Part shown: positions 18,428 through 29,345 of the stretch, piece after piece | Numbering within the stretch: position 1 is the first letter of the stretch | Layout of the letters: the number at the start of each line of letters is the position of its first letter | Assembly (NCBI GenBank): GCA_964601935.1 | Contig: CAZROP010000001.1 | Location: 20,127 to 84,126 of the forward strand | Reading direction: 5' to 3' | DNA from: an uncultured Candidatus Saccharibacteria bacterium | GTDB lineage: Bacteria; Patescibacteriota; Minisyncoccia; Phycocordibacterales; UBA1006 | Length of the DNA: 64,000 nt | Notes under the pieces: generated by a model | The model's database searches: none | Seen by the model: the letters and a program-made list of their open reading frames with translations, nothing else | Told to the model about the DNA's origin: nothing | Translations under genes and position numbers: made by a program

Positions 18428-21400
18428 TTACTTGGGGCACCCAACCATCACCTTAATCTTAGCGCTCAGTGTAGGGGTATATGCTCCTGTCTCAGCCATA
18501 TTGAACCTCTTCTGCAACAAACGTACATACGCCTTGGACGACCTCCCATACACTCCGTCTATGACTACTTCACCTCTGAGGACATAGGCTATGAATCTCT
18601 GAAGATTAGTGATTGATGTCTTTGAGCTTGAGGACGATATGGTAGTGGCTGGTAATGCTGCACAGGCTTGTGCCAGTACTGCAGGCGGTAGTTTCTGTAT
18701 ATGGCAGAGCATATCAGAATGGAGAGGCAGTGTAGGTTCGGTGTCGAATACATTCGAGAAACCCCGCAGGTCTATTCCTGCTCCTGTGAGTATTGATACA
18801 CCAGGTGTTGTAGCATAGAGATCTCTTTGTGTAGGAGTGAGTTGTGAGTCTATAACCTTGTAGGCAGAGGTACAAGTAGGCAATACTTCTCCTCCTGATG
18901 CATAGGTTGTAGGCTTCTTAGTCTTCTTTGCATTATAGAGCTCTATCAGTTTTGTCATGAATGGATTACTGAGGATATTTGTTTCTACAGGTATATTGTT
19001 CTTCTTATGGAGATCAGTGATTGCTTTGGTTGTTGTTGTGTTTTGTCTTCCTGTGATAGTTGTTTTGTAACCTAGAGTACGAAGCATGGATTGGATGGAT
19101 TTCCAGTCTACTTTTCCGGTGGGGGTGGTGGTTGAGATGGGTGTAGTAGTAATTGCTGGAGGTAAAATTGTTGAGGTTGGTGTCTTTATGCAGCCCGTTG
19201 GAGTGAGGATGTGTGTTGAGGGGCAGCTGGGGGTGGAGGGTCCTCCTCCTCCTGAAGAAACAGAAGGTGCTGGGGTATAGACAATCAAAGCTTTATTTGC
19301 GCTCAAACTACCAGCTACACCAGGCGATGGAAGCAACAAACGTACCGGAGCCGTTTGTGCAGTGGTTGTTATGTTGCCTCCATTCAGATTGAGGGCACCT
19401 ACTGATGCGTAATCGAGATCAGAAGAAGTATCGCTTGGTCCCACAGTATAATTAAACGTTAGTGTATCAGTACCCGATCCCGAAATATAATTAGCCACTG
19501 CATCAGTCGCACCAGTCTCTAGTGTCAACTGCGGTGTTCCTGTGACGGTTACTGATTCACTGAATTGAATCAGAATATTAATGGTACCACCGTTCGTGTA
19601 CGAGCCATCCGAATTACCGGAAGCAACGTTGAGAATGGTAGGGACACTTATATCGAAAATCATAGTGCGATTCGCCGGCTCATCAGATACATAAAGCCTC
19701 TTATTTTGAGAATCTATCATGAGGTCAATAGGGTCTACGATACTGGATTGCGTGACAGCGGTACTATAGTTCAAAAAATTAGGTTGTCCGAGCACATTGA
19801 TAGCTGACTCTCCATTGGTGATATCTGCCACGTCAAATACAAGAACACGGGCAGCCGAGTAATCTGCGACAAACAATCTACTGTACACCTCATCATAGCT
19901 TAGCCCATTCGGCTCGCCACCAAAACCAGCTTGACCTCCGTTAGCGTTTGCTGTAACAAAATCAGGTTGTCCGAGCACATTGATAGCTGACTCTCCATTG
20001 GTGATATCTGCCACGTCAAATACAAGAACACGGGCATTACCACCATCTGAAACAAATAACCTTCGCTGAATAGCGTCATACGTAACCCCTGTAGCTTCGT
20101 CCATCTTACTCTGTGTCGTACCGACAGTGCAGGTAACAAAGTCAGGTTGTCCGAGCACATTGATAGCTGACTCTCCATTGGTGATACCTGCTATATCAAA
20201 AACAACAATACGGCGGTTGCTCCGATCTGAAACAAACAATCTATTTCCCGTCGGATCGAGCGATAAATAGCTAGGATTATTTAATCTTGAAGCTGAACAA
20301 GCACTTGTAATATTGCTGAAATTTGCTTGCCCCAAAACATTTACAGGAGCATCTCCGTTCTCTATAGTGGAAACATTCCATACGAGAACACGCTGCTTGT
20401 CCGCATCTGCCACAAACAGCCTGTTCTGCCCTGAATCATAAACGAGACCTGCAGCATAAGAAAATCCGTAGAACCCCCCCGAGGACGTATCCCAGAAATT
20501 CTGCTGCCCTAATACATAATCAGGTGTTTTGTCTACCAAGATATTTGATGAATTTAAGTTAAATACTAAAATACGAGAACCATCTGCCAAAAAAAGTCTA
20601 TGATTAGTATAATCAATCGCAAGACCTGCAGGCTGACTCAACCCATAAGGATTTATCTGCGTACCGTCGTTACTATCTTGTGTATAATAATCTACTTCTA
20701 GCCCATCATTATAAGTCGACTGCCCTACAGCGTCAATCGCATCTTCTCCATCAGTAATAGCTGTAGTATCAAATATCATTATACGGTTACTGCCAGTGTC
20801 TGATACATAGGTTCGATTATTGGTAGAGTCATAATATACTCCTTCTGGGGAACTAGTAACCCCTGTGTCCGCAAATCCAGATCCTGACTCAAAATCAGGC
20901 TGACCTAAAATATTAACCGCAGGCTCACCATTGGTAATAGTTGCTATATTAAACACTTTTACACCACTGCCCCCGCTCTCTGCAACATACAATCTATTAT
21001 TTGCTGCATCGTGGGCGATCGCATTGGGCTGATTCATGCCATCTTGGGTAATATTGTCACTAGCACTGACAAAATCAGGTTGACCTAGCACATTGATAGC
21101 GTTTTCTCCATCAGTAATAACTGTAGTGTCAAATACGAGAACTCGATGATTTGCGGTATCTGCAACATAGGCACGAGTTCCTGATGTATTGATCCCTATA
21201 CCCTGCGGGGCGAACATCCTGTTCTGTGAGGCGAGAGCTGAGCTTGTTGTAAAATTAGCTTGCCCGAGTACATTAGCTGCAGCCTGGCCATTAACAATAG
21301 AAGTAGTGTTATATATCACAGCACGATTATTACCTGTATCTGCAACGTATAAACGAGCATTGACACTATCGTATGCCAGTCTATACGGAATATTCAGACG

Positions 21401-21979
21401 CCCTGCAGCGAGCGTGCCTGTACCGCTAGTGAAATCTGCCTGCCCTAAAACATTAACAGCGCTCTCGCCATTGGTAATAGATGTAACATCAAATACTAGT
21501 ATTCGGTTATTAGAGGTGTCAGCGACAAACAATCTATTATTACCACTATCATGTGCTATTCCCTGCGGACCCTTCAACATCGTTTGTGTAGTACCCTCTA
21601 CGCGCAAGTAAAAACCCTGTTGACCCAATACAAAATCTGGAGTTTTGTCTACAAGCTGATTCGAGACATTGAGATTGAATACCAGCACCCTATTATTACC
21701 TGAATCAATGACAAACAAACGATGATTGCTGGCATCTAAGGTGGCTTGAGCGGGCCCATTCAATCCGTACGGCGTCATATCACCAGCGCCACCATTCTCG
21801 CTACTGCTAGTATAGCTCACTTCACCCCCCTCACGATTGACATACTGGCCAATAGCATCTATAGCATTCGCGCCATTCACAATAGCAGCATATGAATACA
21901 GCGGTATAGCACTTAGCACGGCTAGTGCAACGAACCCAATATATCGATAGACAGTATTCATGGTAATAGGTGATTTCAT
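18428..21979 (-). CDS. Large secreted NHL-repeat beta-propeller protein with Ig-like and C-terminal PG-binding-like domains
   Basis: Signal peptide; repeated RLFVAD..N.RVLVF..NVLGQPDF; FSESVTVTGTP.L.L; SSGGGG linker; VIDGVYGRSS. Confidence 0.85.
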   Translation of the reverse strand: MKSPITMNTVYRYIGFVALAVLSAIPLYSYAAIVNGANAIDAIGQYVNREGGEVSYTSSSENGGAGDMTPYGLNGPAQATLDASNHRLFVIDSGNNRVLVFNLNVSNQLVDKTPDFVLGQQGFYLRVEGTTQTMLKGPQGIAHDSGNNRLFVADTSNNRILVFDVTSITNGESAVNVLGQADFTSGTGTLAAGRLNIPYRLAYDSVNARLYVADTGNNRAVIYNTTSIVNGQAAANVLGQANFTTSSALASQNRMFAPQGIGINTSGTRAYVADTANHRVLVFDTTVITDGENAINVLGQPDFVSASDNITQDGMNQPNAIAHDAANNRLYVAESGGSGVKVFNIATITNGEPAVNILGQPDFESGSGFADTGVTSSPEGVYYDSTNNRTYVSDTGSNRIMIFDTTAITDGEDAIDAVGQSTYNDGLEVDYYTQDSNDGTQINPYGLSQPAGLAIDYTNHRLFLADGSRILVFNLNSSNILVDKTPDYVLGQQNFWDTSSGGFYGFSYAAGLVYDSGQNRLFVADADKQRVLVWNVSTIENGDAPVNVLGQANFSNITSACSASRLNNPSYLSLDPTGNRLFVSDRSNRRIVVFDIAGITNGESAINVLGQPDFVTCTVGTTQSKMDEATGVTYDAIQRRLFVSDGGNARVLVFDVADITNGESAINVLGQPDFVTANANGGQAGFGGEPNGLSYDEVYSRLFVADYSAARVLVFDVADITNGESAINVLGQPNFLNYSTAVTQSSIVDPIDLMIDSQNKRLYVSDEPANRTMIFDISVPTILNVASGNSDGSYTNGGTINILIQFSESVTVTGTPQLTLETGATDAVANYISGSGTDTLTFNYTVGPSDTSSDLDYASVGALNLNGGNITTTAQTAPVRLLLPSPGVAGSLSANKALIVYTPAPSVSSGGGGPSTPSCPSTHILTPTGCIKTPTSTILPPAITTTPISTTTPTGKVDWKSIQSMLRTLGYKTTITGRQNTTTTKAITDLHKKNNIPVETNILSNPFMTKLIELYNAKKTKKPTTYASGGEVLPTCTSAYKVIDSQLTPTQRDLYATTPGVSILTGAGIDLRGFSNVFDTEPTLPLHSDMLCHIQKLPPAVLAQACAALPATTISSSSSKTSITNLQRFIAYVLRGEVVIDGVYGRSSKAYVRLLQKRFNMAETGAYTPTLSAKIKVMVGCPK
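18849..19142. repeat. 294-bp exact direct repeat, copy 1 (copy 2 at 37345-37638)
   Basis: Identical by eye from TCTATAACCTTG to GAGATGGGT; encodes PISTTTPTGKVDWK..SAYKVID. Confidence 0.9.
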
Positions 21980-22113
21980 ATTATTATATTAAGCGTAAGT
22001 AGTGAGGATAAACTAAACAGGTTATCGAATAGAGATTCAGTCATGAGGCTCTTCCCAACTCTAGTATACCCACAATCAGAAATACACACAAACGGCATTG
22101 TGTGTACAAGAAA

Positions 22114-22926
22114 TTACTCTGAATGCACGCGCTCCAAGATATGTGGATTCACGATATTTTTGACGTCTGGCCACGGGATCATAATTTCAGGCTGTCCTGC
22201 TGCATAAGGTGCAATTTGGTACGCGCCAAATATAATACGTATTCCTGGATGTTCTAGCATAAAATTAACAAAATTTTCAGACTTGGGTTCGGTACCTGTC
22301 AGTACATAGCTATTGCTAAACATTTCAGGATTTTCTTTTGCCACTGCAGATAGTTCTGCATTAGCAAACGTGCCCGAAGCAATCAGCGCACGCGAAGTAC
22401 GCGACAGAGTGGTCAGATAGTCGGGATGATTAGCGAATACTTCAGACAGCTCTACCTGACGACCATCCTCGTCAAATACGAGGGCAATTACAGCAGGATT
22501 ACCGTGTGCTCCCCCGGTATATTCGTACGCATCAATACGATAGTTGATATATTTCCCTGCACGACTCATTACCGCCCCTTTCCAGTCTGCCTGCCACTTA
22601 TTACCACTCGGCTGTAGTTCTGCGATTGATTCATTTTTGAATTTACTAGAATCATACTCCTGCTCAAATACTACAATTGATTGCTCGACCATCTGACGAA
22701 TCATAGCATCAGCGGTAGTATTACCTGACGTATTCAAATCAGCACTGAGAATATACAGATCTGTCTCCTTGTGAACCTCGAGCACCTTGCCGACAGGACC
22801 ATTATCTGTGACTTCGTTAGGAATACCAAAGAATGGAATATCATTGGTTCGAGACCGCATATACCAATACCCGCCAGCTAGTACTGCCAGAATTACCAGA
22901 ATAATTATAATTCGCCGCGTATTCAT
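22114..22926 (-). CDS. DUF4163/DUF3298 (RsiV/PdaC-like) membrane-anchored protein
   Basis: YEYTGGAHGN and F..YQIAPYAAG..I.IPW motifs; N-terminal TM anchor. Confidence 0.85.
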   Translation of the reverse strand: MNTRRIIIILVILAVLAGGYWYMRSRTNDIPFFGIPNEVTDNGPVGKVLEVHKETDLYILSADLNTSGNTTADAMIRQMVEQSIVVFEQEYDSSKFKNESIAELQPSGNKWQADWKGAVMSRAGKYINYRIDAYEYTGGAHGNPAVIALVFDEDGRQVELSEVFANHPDYLTTLSRTSRALIASGTFANAELSAVAKENPEMFSNSYVLTGTEPKSENFVNFMLEHPGIRIIFGAYQIAPYAAGQPEIMIPWPDVKNIVNPHILERVHSE

Positions 22927-22957
22927 GTATATAGTCTATCACAAAGATGCAGGGACA

Positions 22958-23653
22958 TTACTGAACCTGACCCTGTAACTGTTCAAAAGAATTTCGTGGA
23001 TTCTCACTCCCAAAAATCGCCGAACCACACACAACTGATGTAGCACCTGCATCTCGCAAAGCGAGAATATTAAACTCTGAAACACCCCCGTCGATCTGTA
23101 TAGGCAATTCCGGATCAAATTGCTGAATTCGTGCTATAACATCGAACACACGAGTAGAGAAAGACTGCCCTTGTACCCCAATACGCTCTATTCCCATTAT
23201 CTGAACGAAGTGTACTCTTTTTAAAAGCTTTTGGTATATCGAAAAATCATCATTCACTGTCACCGCAATACCATATTCAAATTTTGGATAATCCTGTGAA
23301 TACCCGTGCAAAATTGCAAAACAATATGACAAATCTTCTGCACTACCAACATGCAAGACAACTCGACGAGGATTCGCGGACAACCACCTAATCAGTGATT
23401 CCTGTGGATTTTTGATCATTAGATCAAACTCAACGACGATATTTTGTTTGCGTAATATTTCCAGAGCAGCGACACAGTCTGCATCTTCTACAATCTGCCC
23501 CGCAGTATTATACGGCCATGTACTTGATTCTACATACTCCCCATCACAAATATCTATCTGCACCAGTGTAGCAGAGTCTTTGTTGGCGCAGAGCACTGCC
23601 TTGTGCTCTATTTCTTGCCAGTTTGATTCGAGTATTCCTGGGGTAACCTTCAT
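22958..23653 (-). CDS. rpe: Ribulose-phosphate 3-epimerase
   Basis: QIDICDG, QIMG..G.QGQ.F, QIDGGV and GSAIF motifs. Confidence 0.88.
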   Translation of the reverse strand: MKVTPGILESNWQEIEHKAVLCANKDSATLVQIDICDGEYVESSTWPYNTAGQIVEDADCVAALEILRKQNIVVEFDLMIKNPQESLIRWLSANPRRVVLHVGSAEDLSYCFAILHGYSQDYPKFEYGIAVTVNDDFSIYQKLLKRVHFVQIMGIERIGVQGQSFSTRVFDVIARIQQFDPELPIQIDGGVSEFNILALRDAGATSVVCGSAIFGSENPRNSFEQLQGQVQ

Positions 23654-23656
23654 ATC

Positions 23657-24121
23657 TTATGCGTGTACGATTTCAATCATATTAATACGTCTCTGATGCC
23701 TAACTCCATCGAATGGCGTATCTAAGAATAATTGCACGCCAGCCCACAACTGATCTTGTGATACGAATCGCGCACCGACAGATAATACATTGGCGTTGTT
23801 GTGCGCACGACCCAGACGGATTACTTCGACATCCTGGCCATTATAGACAACAGCACGAATTCCAGAATACCTATTCATAACAATAGCCTCGCCAGTACCT
23901 GACCCGCCCAGCACAATAACGCAAAGTTCCAGGAATTCAGTATCACGCGCATAAAGCTGCAATTGCTCTGCTGCTTTATGCATATAGACAGGATAATCAT
24001 CGTCTGACACCAGGGTATACGCGCCGCAGTCTTCTACAGCGTGCCCCTGTCCTAGCAGCCAAACCTTGAGCTGCTCCTTCATTTCAAAACCTGCATGATC
24101 TGCAGCAAGTATAATATTCAT
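23657..24121 (-). CDS. rpiB: Ribose-5-phosphate isomerase B
   Basis: AADHAGFEMK, DDYP, GGSGTGE, HNNANVLSVGAR and RHQRR motifs. Confidence 0.92.
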   Translation of the reverse strand: MNIILAADHAGFEMKEQLKVWLLGQGHAVEDCGAYTLVSDDDYPVYMHKAAEQLQLYARDTEFLELCVIVLGGSGTGEAIVMNRYSGIRAVVYNGQDVEVIRLGRAHNNANVLSVGARFVSQDQLWAGVQLFLDTPFDGVRHQRRINMIEIVHA

Positions 24122-24183
24122 ATATACCTACTATATCAGGGTTTTCAGATATTTCATCATCCAGTGACCTACCAATTAGATTG

Positions 24184-24351
24184 CTATTTCCAAAAAGGCT
24201 TCCAATAAAAATCATACTGCGTACCGCTGGATGTACACAACGGACCTGGTGAATCTAAATTACATTCAGGATCGACATATACCTGCTCCTGATGAACAAA
24301 TGATGTGATTAAAAAAACTATCAGTGCGACAAAAAATAAAAGTTTGAACAT
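24184..24351 (-). CDS. Small 55-aa protein with signal/TM segment (absent from the ORF track)
   Basis: MFKLLFFVALIVFLITSFVHQEQVYVDPECNLDSPGPLCTSSGTQYDFYWKPFWK*; TACAAT 7 nt before ATG. Confidence 0.55.
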   Translation of the reverse strand: MFKLLFFVALIVFLITSFVHQEQVYVDPECNLDSPGPLCTSSGTQYDFYWKPFWK

Positions 24352-24382
24352 ATACTATATTGTACACTATCTCGGTGAAATA

Positions 24383-25414
24383 CTAACTAAGATTACTCAC
24401 CACCTCTTCGACATGTCTCACCAATGTGTGGGTATACCCATACTCGTTATCGTACCAGGCGAGCACCTTTACTAAATTACCGTTCACTACGCGGACCATT
24501 TCTGCGTCGACAATACAAGGCACAGTTCGCCCTACTATATCCGACGAAACCAGAGGCTCGTGCGATACCTCCAGAATTCCCTGCCAACGGTCAGATGTGG
24601 CTGCCTGCTCTAATAGTTTTACCACCTCTTCTGCTGTTGTAGATTTTTTGGAAATGAATGTTACATCCACAATAGAGCCTGCAGGAACAGGCACCCGCAA
24701 ACTAATACCGTCGAATTTGCCTTCTAATTCCGGATATGCCACAGTCACCGCCTTTGCAGCACCCGTCGACGATGGCACAATATTCTGTGCTGCTGCACGT
24801 CCTTCACGCAAATCCTTTTTACTGGGGCCATCTACTAGCGCCTGGGTTGCCGTATATCCATGAGTTGTCGATAGTATTGCAGACTCTATTCCCAGTGTTT
24901 CGTTCAATACTGCAATCAATGGTGATGCTGCATTGGTAGTACATGATGCGTTTGATGTTATCGCGGTTTTTCCAAATTTATCATTGTTAATTCCTATCAG
25001 AATAGTCTCTCCAGGAATTACTCCAGATGGATCCTGTTTTGCAGGAGCACTAATGACTACACTGCGGGCACCTGCAACAATATGTGCATGCGCCTTGTCA
25101 TACTGAGTAAAAAATCCTGTTGATTCAAGAACGCAATCAATATTCATATCTGCCCAAGGCAATAATGCAGGATCTTTTTCGTGAATGACGGCGATCTTTT
25201 TGCCACTTACTTTAAGAGCACTCTCACTCTCAGCCTCTACAGCAAAGTTTGCCTTGCCATATACTGTGTCGTACTGGAGTAAGTATGCAAGTGATTCGAT
25301 TGTCCCTAAATCGTTGATTGCAACCACTTCTATATGCTCATTATTTATAGTCTGCCGAAAGAATGCTCGCCCAATACGTCCAAATCCATTGATTGCAATT
25401 CGTTTTTTTGTCAT
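24383..25414 (-). CDS. gap: Type I glyceraldehyde-3-phosphate dehydrogenase
   Basis: INGFGRIGR, SNASCTTN and WYDNEYGY motifs. Confidence 0.97.
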   Translation of the reverse strand: MTKKRIAINGFGRIGRAFFRQTINNEHIEVVAINDLGTIESLAYLLQYDTVYGKANFAVEAESESALKVSGKKIAVIHEKDPALLPWADMNIDCVLESTGFFTQYDKAHAHIVAGARSVVISAPAKQDPSGVIPGETILIGINNDKFGKTAITSNASCTTNAASPLIAVLNETLGIESAILSTTHGYTATQALVDGPSKKDLREGRAAAQNIVPSSTGAAKAVTVAYPELEGKFDGISLRVPVPAGSIVDVTFISKKSTTAEEVVKLLEQAATSDRWQGILEVSHEPLVSSDIVGRTVPCIVDAEMVRVVNGNLVKVLAWYDNEYGYTHTLVRHVEEVVSNLS

Positions 25415-25497
25415 ATACACGAATTATACCATTCAAATGCTCTAAAACAAAAAACACCCTATGGGGTGTTTTTATAGTGTACGGTACAGCAATTATG

Positions 25498-26061
25498 CTA
25501 TCTCTGCCACGCCTTTAGCTGTTCGATTTCGGCTGACTGTGCACGAATGATACCTGCAGCCATTGCGCGCAATTGATCGTTCGTAACCCCTGATCCTCCT
25601 ACTAGTTTTGTAGACATATCAATCGCACCTTCGTGATGAATAATCATTTGCTCTATAAATTCTTGCTCGAGATCTGATCCTGACAGACTATCCAGTGATG
25701 CCGACATGCCGTGCATCATTTCCTGCATAGACATAGGGTTTTGCATAGTCATTCCACGATGATGTCCACGACTCCAACCCATTAATGACCCGACTATTAA
25801 CCCTATCGCCAAAGCAATAAGAAGCGATACCCAGTGATTCATTTCCATTTTGCGACCTGTAGGCATTGCCTCGTATTTTGCTTTTGCTGTATTTGCTAAT
25901 TCTACCACTTCTTCTTTTGCGTCTTGTGCAAATTCGCGAACGTCGGTAGCCATATCATCTGCTATATCGCTCACCTTGTCACGGACAGTGTCTTTCCAGT
26001 CGTGTTGAGTATTGTTACCATTATTACTATTCCCAGGGTGTGCATTGTTGTTGTTATTCAT
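25498..26061 (-). CDS. DUF305 domain protein with N-terminal helical region and TM segment
   Basis: FIEQMIIHHEGAIDM and IIRAQSAEIEQLKAW motifs. Confidence 0.85.
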   Translation of the reverse strand: MNNNNNAHPGNSNNGNNTQHDWKDTVRDKVSDIADDMATDVREFAQDAKEEVVELANTAKAKYEAMPTGRKMEMNHWVSLLIALAIGLIVGSLMGWSRGHHRGMTMQNPMSMQEMMHGMSASLDSLSGSDLEQEFIEQMIIHHEGAIDMSTKLVGGSGVTNDQLRAMAAGIIRAQSAEIEQLKAWQR

Positions 26062-26140
26062 ATTAATAGAAAGGTTTATTATTAAATAATACTGACTTTA
26101 GTATTATATCATGCTCTACAGATCTAATTCAACAGGAGCC

Positions 26141-29140
26141 CTATCCATTACGGATTTTATCAACTAATTGTATAAAGTTACATTTTTTCGGATCCGGAGC
26201 GTGCTGCCAGTATTCACCTGACCGGATGTACTGCGCCATATGCTGTAGAAACAGTTCAAGTTCATCAATCTCTGCCTCATCAATTGTAAAGCGCTCTACC
26301 ACAAACTGCCCTGATTCCTTTGGCTCTACAAAATGCAGCACAGCATCATCCAGCTGATACGCACCCTCGCGGAAATAACGCAGCAACAGTTTGTAAAACT
26401 GCAACTGGCGGTAATAATTACCATCACTGGTTTTTGTCGCGCCTATGATATCATTACGACTTTTTGATTTGCCTGTTTTGAAATCAATCACGCGCACCCG
26501 TGAATCTGAATTACCTACAAATTCAAATCGATCAAGCGCACCCGACAGAGTGACATCAGCGCTTGGTAAAACTACTCCATTAATACGAAATTCAGAAAAA
26601 CCGCGTGTCTCCCATATGCCGTCATGCTCCTGGTACCATAATGGCAGCGTGCGCTCTGCCTGGGCACAGAGCCGTAGGTAGTCTGCATCAGCAACCGGCT
26701 CGCGACCTAACCTGGTACGAAATACTTGAACGAATCCTTCACTATTCAAAACCTCGCCTTGCGATGCTGATTTATATAATTGCTCTATCGCATAATGAAC
26801 AGCTGTTCCATACATCAGATTCGCTGATTGTAACTCTGGAATACGGATCAGATTTTTGCAGATATACTCCCAAGGATCTGCTAAAAAGTTATTCAAATGT
26901 GTCGCAGCGATAGGTCGAGACTCAAACAACGACAGTATGTATTCGTGAAATTCTTTTTGGGTATCAGTAGTTATACTAGGCACAGCAAGCTGTCGCTGTA
27001 ATAAATCTGTCTGATATTGCTCAACCAGGTCTGATACATCGACAGAAGTAATATGATTAGCATCCAGTTGCGATATAAACTGTGATGGCACCAATTCTCG
27101 ACCCTCTCCTGATCGTTCTGCATAAGATAGATGTAAGGCACTGCGTGCACGAGTTAGTGCGACAAAGAGCAGACGCCTCTCATCCCCATTTGATTCGTTA
27201 CCAGGAACACCATCGAATACTCTATCCAATATCTTTATGACATCTCTATTGGGGCGATTCCCCCATTTGCCGTCCACCAACATTGGAATATACACATGAT
27301 CGAATTCGAGCCCTTTTGATCGGTGTGCAGTCATGATGCGCACAGACCCAGTTCGTCCTCCCTGGACTGTGAGTTTTAACTTTTTCCCATGCGACTCTAA
27401 TGTGTCCAGATACTCTACGTATTCGCGGAATGTGCCACCCTCGGACGTGTGTACGAATCCAACGACATCATTGAACAATACTTGCAGCGCTGCAATATCC
27501 GAAGCCAGCTGATTGGATTGTAGATAATTAAATATCCCCAATCCATCAATAACAGACTGGAATACCACACTCGCATGATCTATCTGGGCAGATACATGCC
27601 AATTCATAATACGGTCTGCGAATGTCATGCATAGCTTGGGCTTGGTTACGCCAACCTTTTTCAATTCTAGTCCATCGGATAACAGATCTACCATGGTTGT
27701 GGTCTTTTTCTGGCTGGACGACCTGACGATACGCGCTACATCGATCGATGGAATGGTACACCACGGAGTATAGAGCATACGAGACAATGCTACGTTGTTA
27801 TGCGGGTCTTTGATAACCTGGAACGTTGCAATGATATGCCTAATTATTGGCGATTGCAAAATATCAATATCAGACTCTAGGCAATTAGAAATTCCTGCAC
27901 GAGATAACTCTGAAGCAATAATAGCCCCGTCTGTATTAGTACGTGTTAGTACGGCAATTTCTTCTGCAGGAGTTCCAGCCTGTATCAAGCTGGATACCCC
28001 TTGCACCACACCATACAGTTCAGATCCCGTGTCAGGGTATATCGATAGCTGCGCCTGCACAGGCTGACGCTCTGCATATGATTGTAGCTGCACAGGACCA
28101 GGTAGTAACGCATGTGCAATATCGAGAACCGATTGGTTAGAGCGGTAATTACTAGACAGGTGAATAATAGTAGCATTAGGATATTTTGCATGAAATCCAT
28201 AAAAGTATTCTGGTGATGCGCCCTGGAATCGATATACGGATTGTTTGTCATCACCTACTACAAAGATATTGGGGTTATCGTGGAAACTACCTACCAACTC
28301 CACGATACGATTCTGTACATTATTAGTATCCTGATATTCATCTACCAATATGTACTGATATTCCTCCTGAAGCCCTAGTAGAAATTCTGGATCTGATTCA
28401 CATACATTTACCAGCTCTGTAATCATGTCGGTGAAATCATACAGCTTTGCCTCGCGCATTGCAGCATCAAATCGTTCATACAGAGATACTAGTTCTAGGT
28501 TTTTTTCTATTTGTTTTTTCAGGTTAACATAGTCGGACTTCATTTTGCCTTTATGAACACCTTTTTCGTGGTGCAAATCATCGATACGATCAAAATCTGT
28601 CTGCGCATCAGTGACATGTCGCAACAATTGGGCTGGCGATATATGTTCGCGTTTCAGTGTATCAATAGCCGACAAAACACCATCGACATAGGCGGTATAA
28701 CTGTCATACCAGCGGATATAGACACCCATGTGCGAGCGCAACAATGACTCCACAATGCGAAGCTTGTCTACATCAGTAGCGAGTTGTGAACCCATAATAC
28801 GCGGGAATGATTCTGGATGTTCGGTGATAAGTTTCTGTGCTAACCCATGGAATGTATGCACATGTACCTCGTAGGCGTGTGACCCCATCATACGCGCCAA
28901 ACGTTTGCGCATATTACCTGCGGCAGATTCAGTAAACGTCAGCGCCAGAATAGCATCAGCCGGCGTATCAGTTGTGCGTACGATATTGGCGATACGCAAT
29001 GACAGAATTTGTGTTTTGCCAGTACCCGGACCAGCAAACACCATCACAGGACCATCCACTGTATCGACTGCCTGACGCTGTTGCGGGTTCAGCCGACGGT
29101 ACTGTTCATCGAATATACTAGTATCAGAAGTAGTAGGCAT
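26141..29140 (-). CDS. UvrD/PcrA-family helicase fused to a C-terminal PD-(D/E)xK nuclease
   Basis: AGPGTGKT, LVDEYQD, VGDDKQS.YRFQGA, SKGLEFD and ERRLLFVALTRA; C-terminal G.LDR..VIDFKTG..QLQFY; likely start 29140. Confidence 0.92.
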   Translation of the reverse strand: MPTTSDTSIFDEQYRRLNPQQRQAVDTVDGPVMVFAGPGTGKTQILSLRIANIVRTTDTPADAILALTFTESAAGNMRKRLARMMGSHAYEVHVHTFHGLAQKLITEHPESFPRIMGSQLATDVDKLRIVESLLRSHMGVYIRWYDSYTAYVDGVLSAIDTLKREHISPAQLLRHVTDAQTDFDRIDDLHHEKGVHKGKMKSDYVNLKKQIEKNLELVSLYERFDAAMREAKLYDFTDMITELVNVCESDPEFLLGLQEEYQYILVDEYQDTNNVQNRIVELVGSFHDNPNIFVVGDDKQSVYRFQGASPEYFYGFHAKYPNATIIHLSSNYRSNQSVLDIAHALLPGPVQLQSYAERQPVQAQLSIYPDTGSELYGVVQGVSSLIQAGTPAEEIAVLTRTNTDGAIIASELSRAGISNCLESDIDILQSPIIRHIIATFQVIKDPHNNVALSRMLYTPWCTIPSIDVARIVRSSSQKKTTTMVDLLSDGLELKKVGVTKPKLCMTFADRIMNWHVSAQIDHASVVFQSVIDGLGIFNYLQSNQLASDIAALQVLFNDVVGFVHTSEGGTFREYVEYLDTLESHGKKLKLTVQGGRTGSVRIMTAHRSKGLEFDHVYIPMLVDGKWGNRPNRDVIKILDRVFDGVPGNESNGDERRLLFVALTRARSALHLSYAERSGEGRELVPSQFISQLDANHITSVDVSDLVEQYQTDLLQRQLAVPSITTDTQKEFHEYILSLFESRPIAATHLNNFLADPWEYICKNLIRIPELQSANLMYGTAVHYAIEQLYKSASQGEVLNSEGFVQVFRTRLGREPVADADYLRLCAQAERTLPLWYQEHDGIWETRGFSEFRINGVVLPSADVTLSGALDRFEFVGNSDSRVRVIDFKTGKSKSRNDIIGATKTSDGNYYRQLQFYKLLLRYFREGAYQLDDAVLHFVEPKESGQFVVERFTIDEAEIDELELFLQHMAQYIRSGEYWQHAPDPKKCNFIQLVDKIRNG

Positions 29141-29175
29141 ATGGGAGTAGTGTAGCACGCCGTGCAAAGACACAA

Positions 29176-29213
29176 ACCCCACCCTAACCCTCCCCTTTTC
29201 TAGGGGAGGGAAC
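29176..29213 (+). repeat. REP-like GC-rich palindromic unit
   Basis: ACCCCACCCTAACCCTCCCCT-TTTCT-AGGGGAGGGAAC; a related sequence lies inside mutY at 30108-30156. Confidence 0.6.
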
Positions 29214-29345
29214 CTGCAGGAACGGCTGCGAGCCGCCCTCCACCACCCCATTCCCCAACCACTTGACACAGCGCAATTAGTCAGTACTATATAACTTCGT
29301 TTTAGAAACAGTTATTTATTAACCTTATTCAAACATCTTTCGCAT

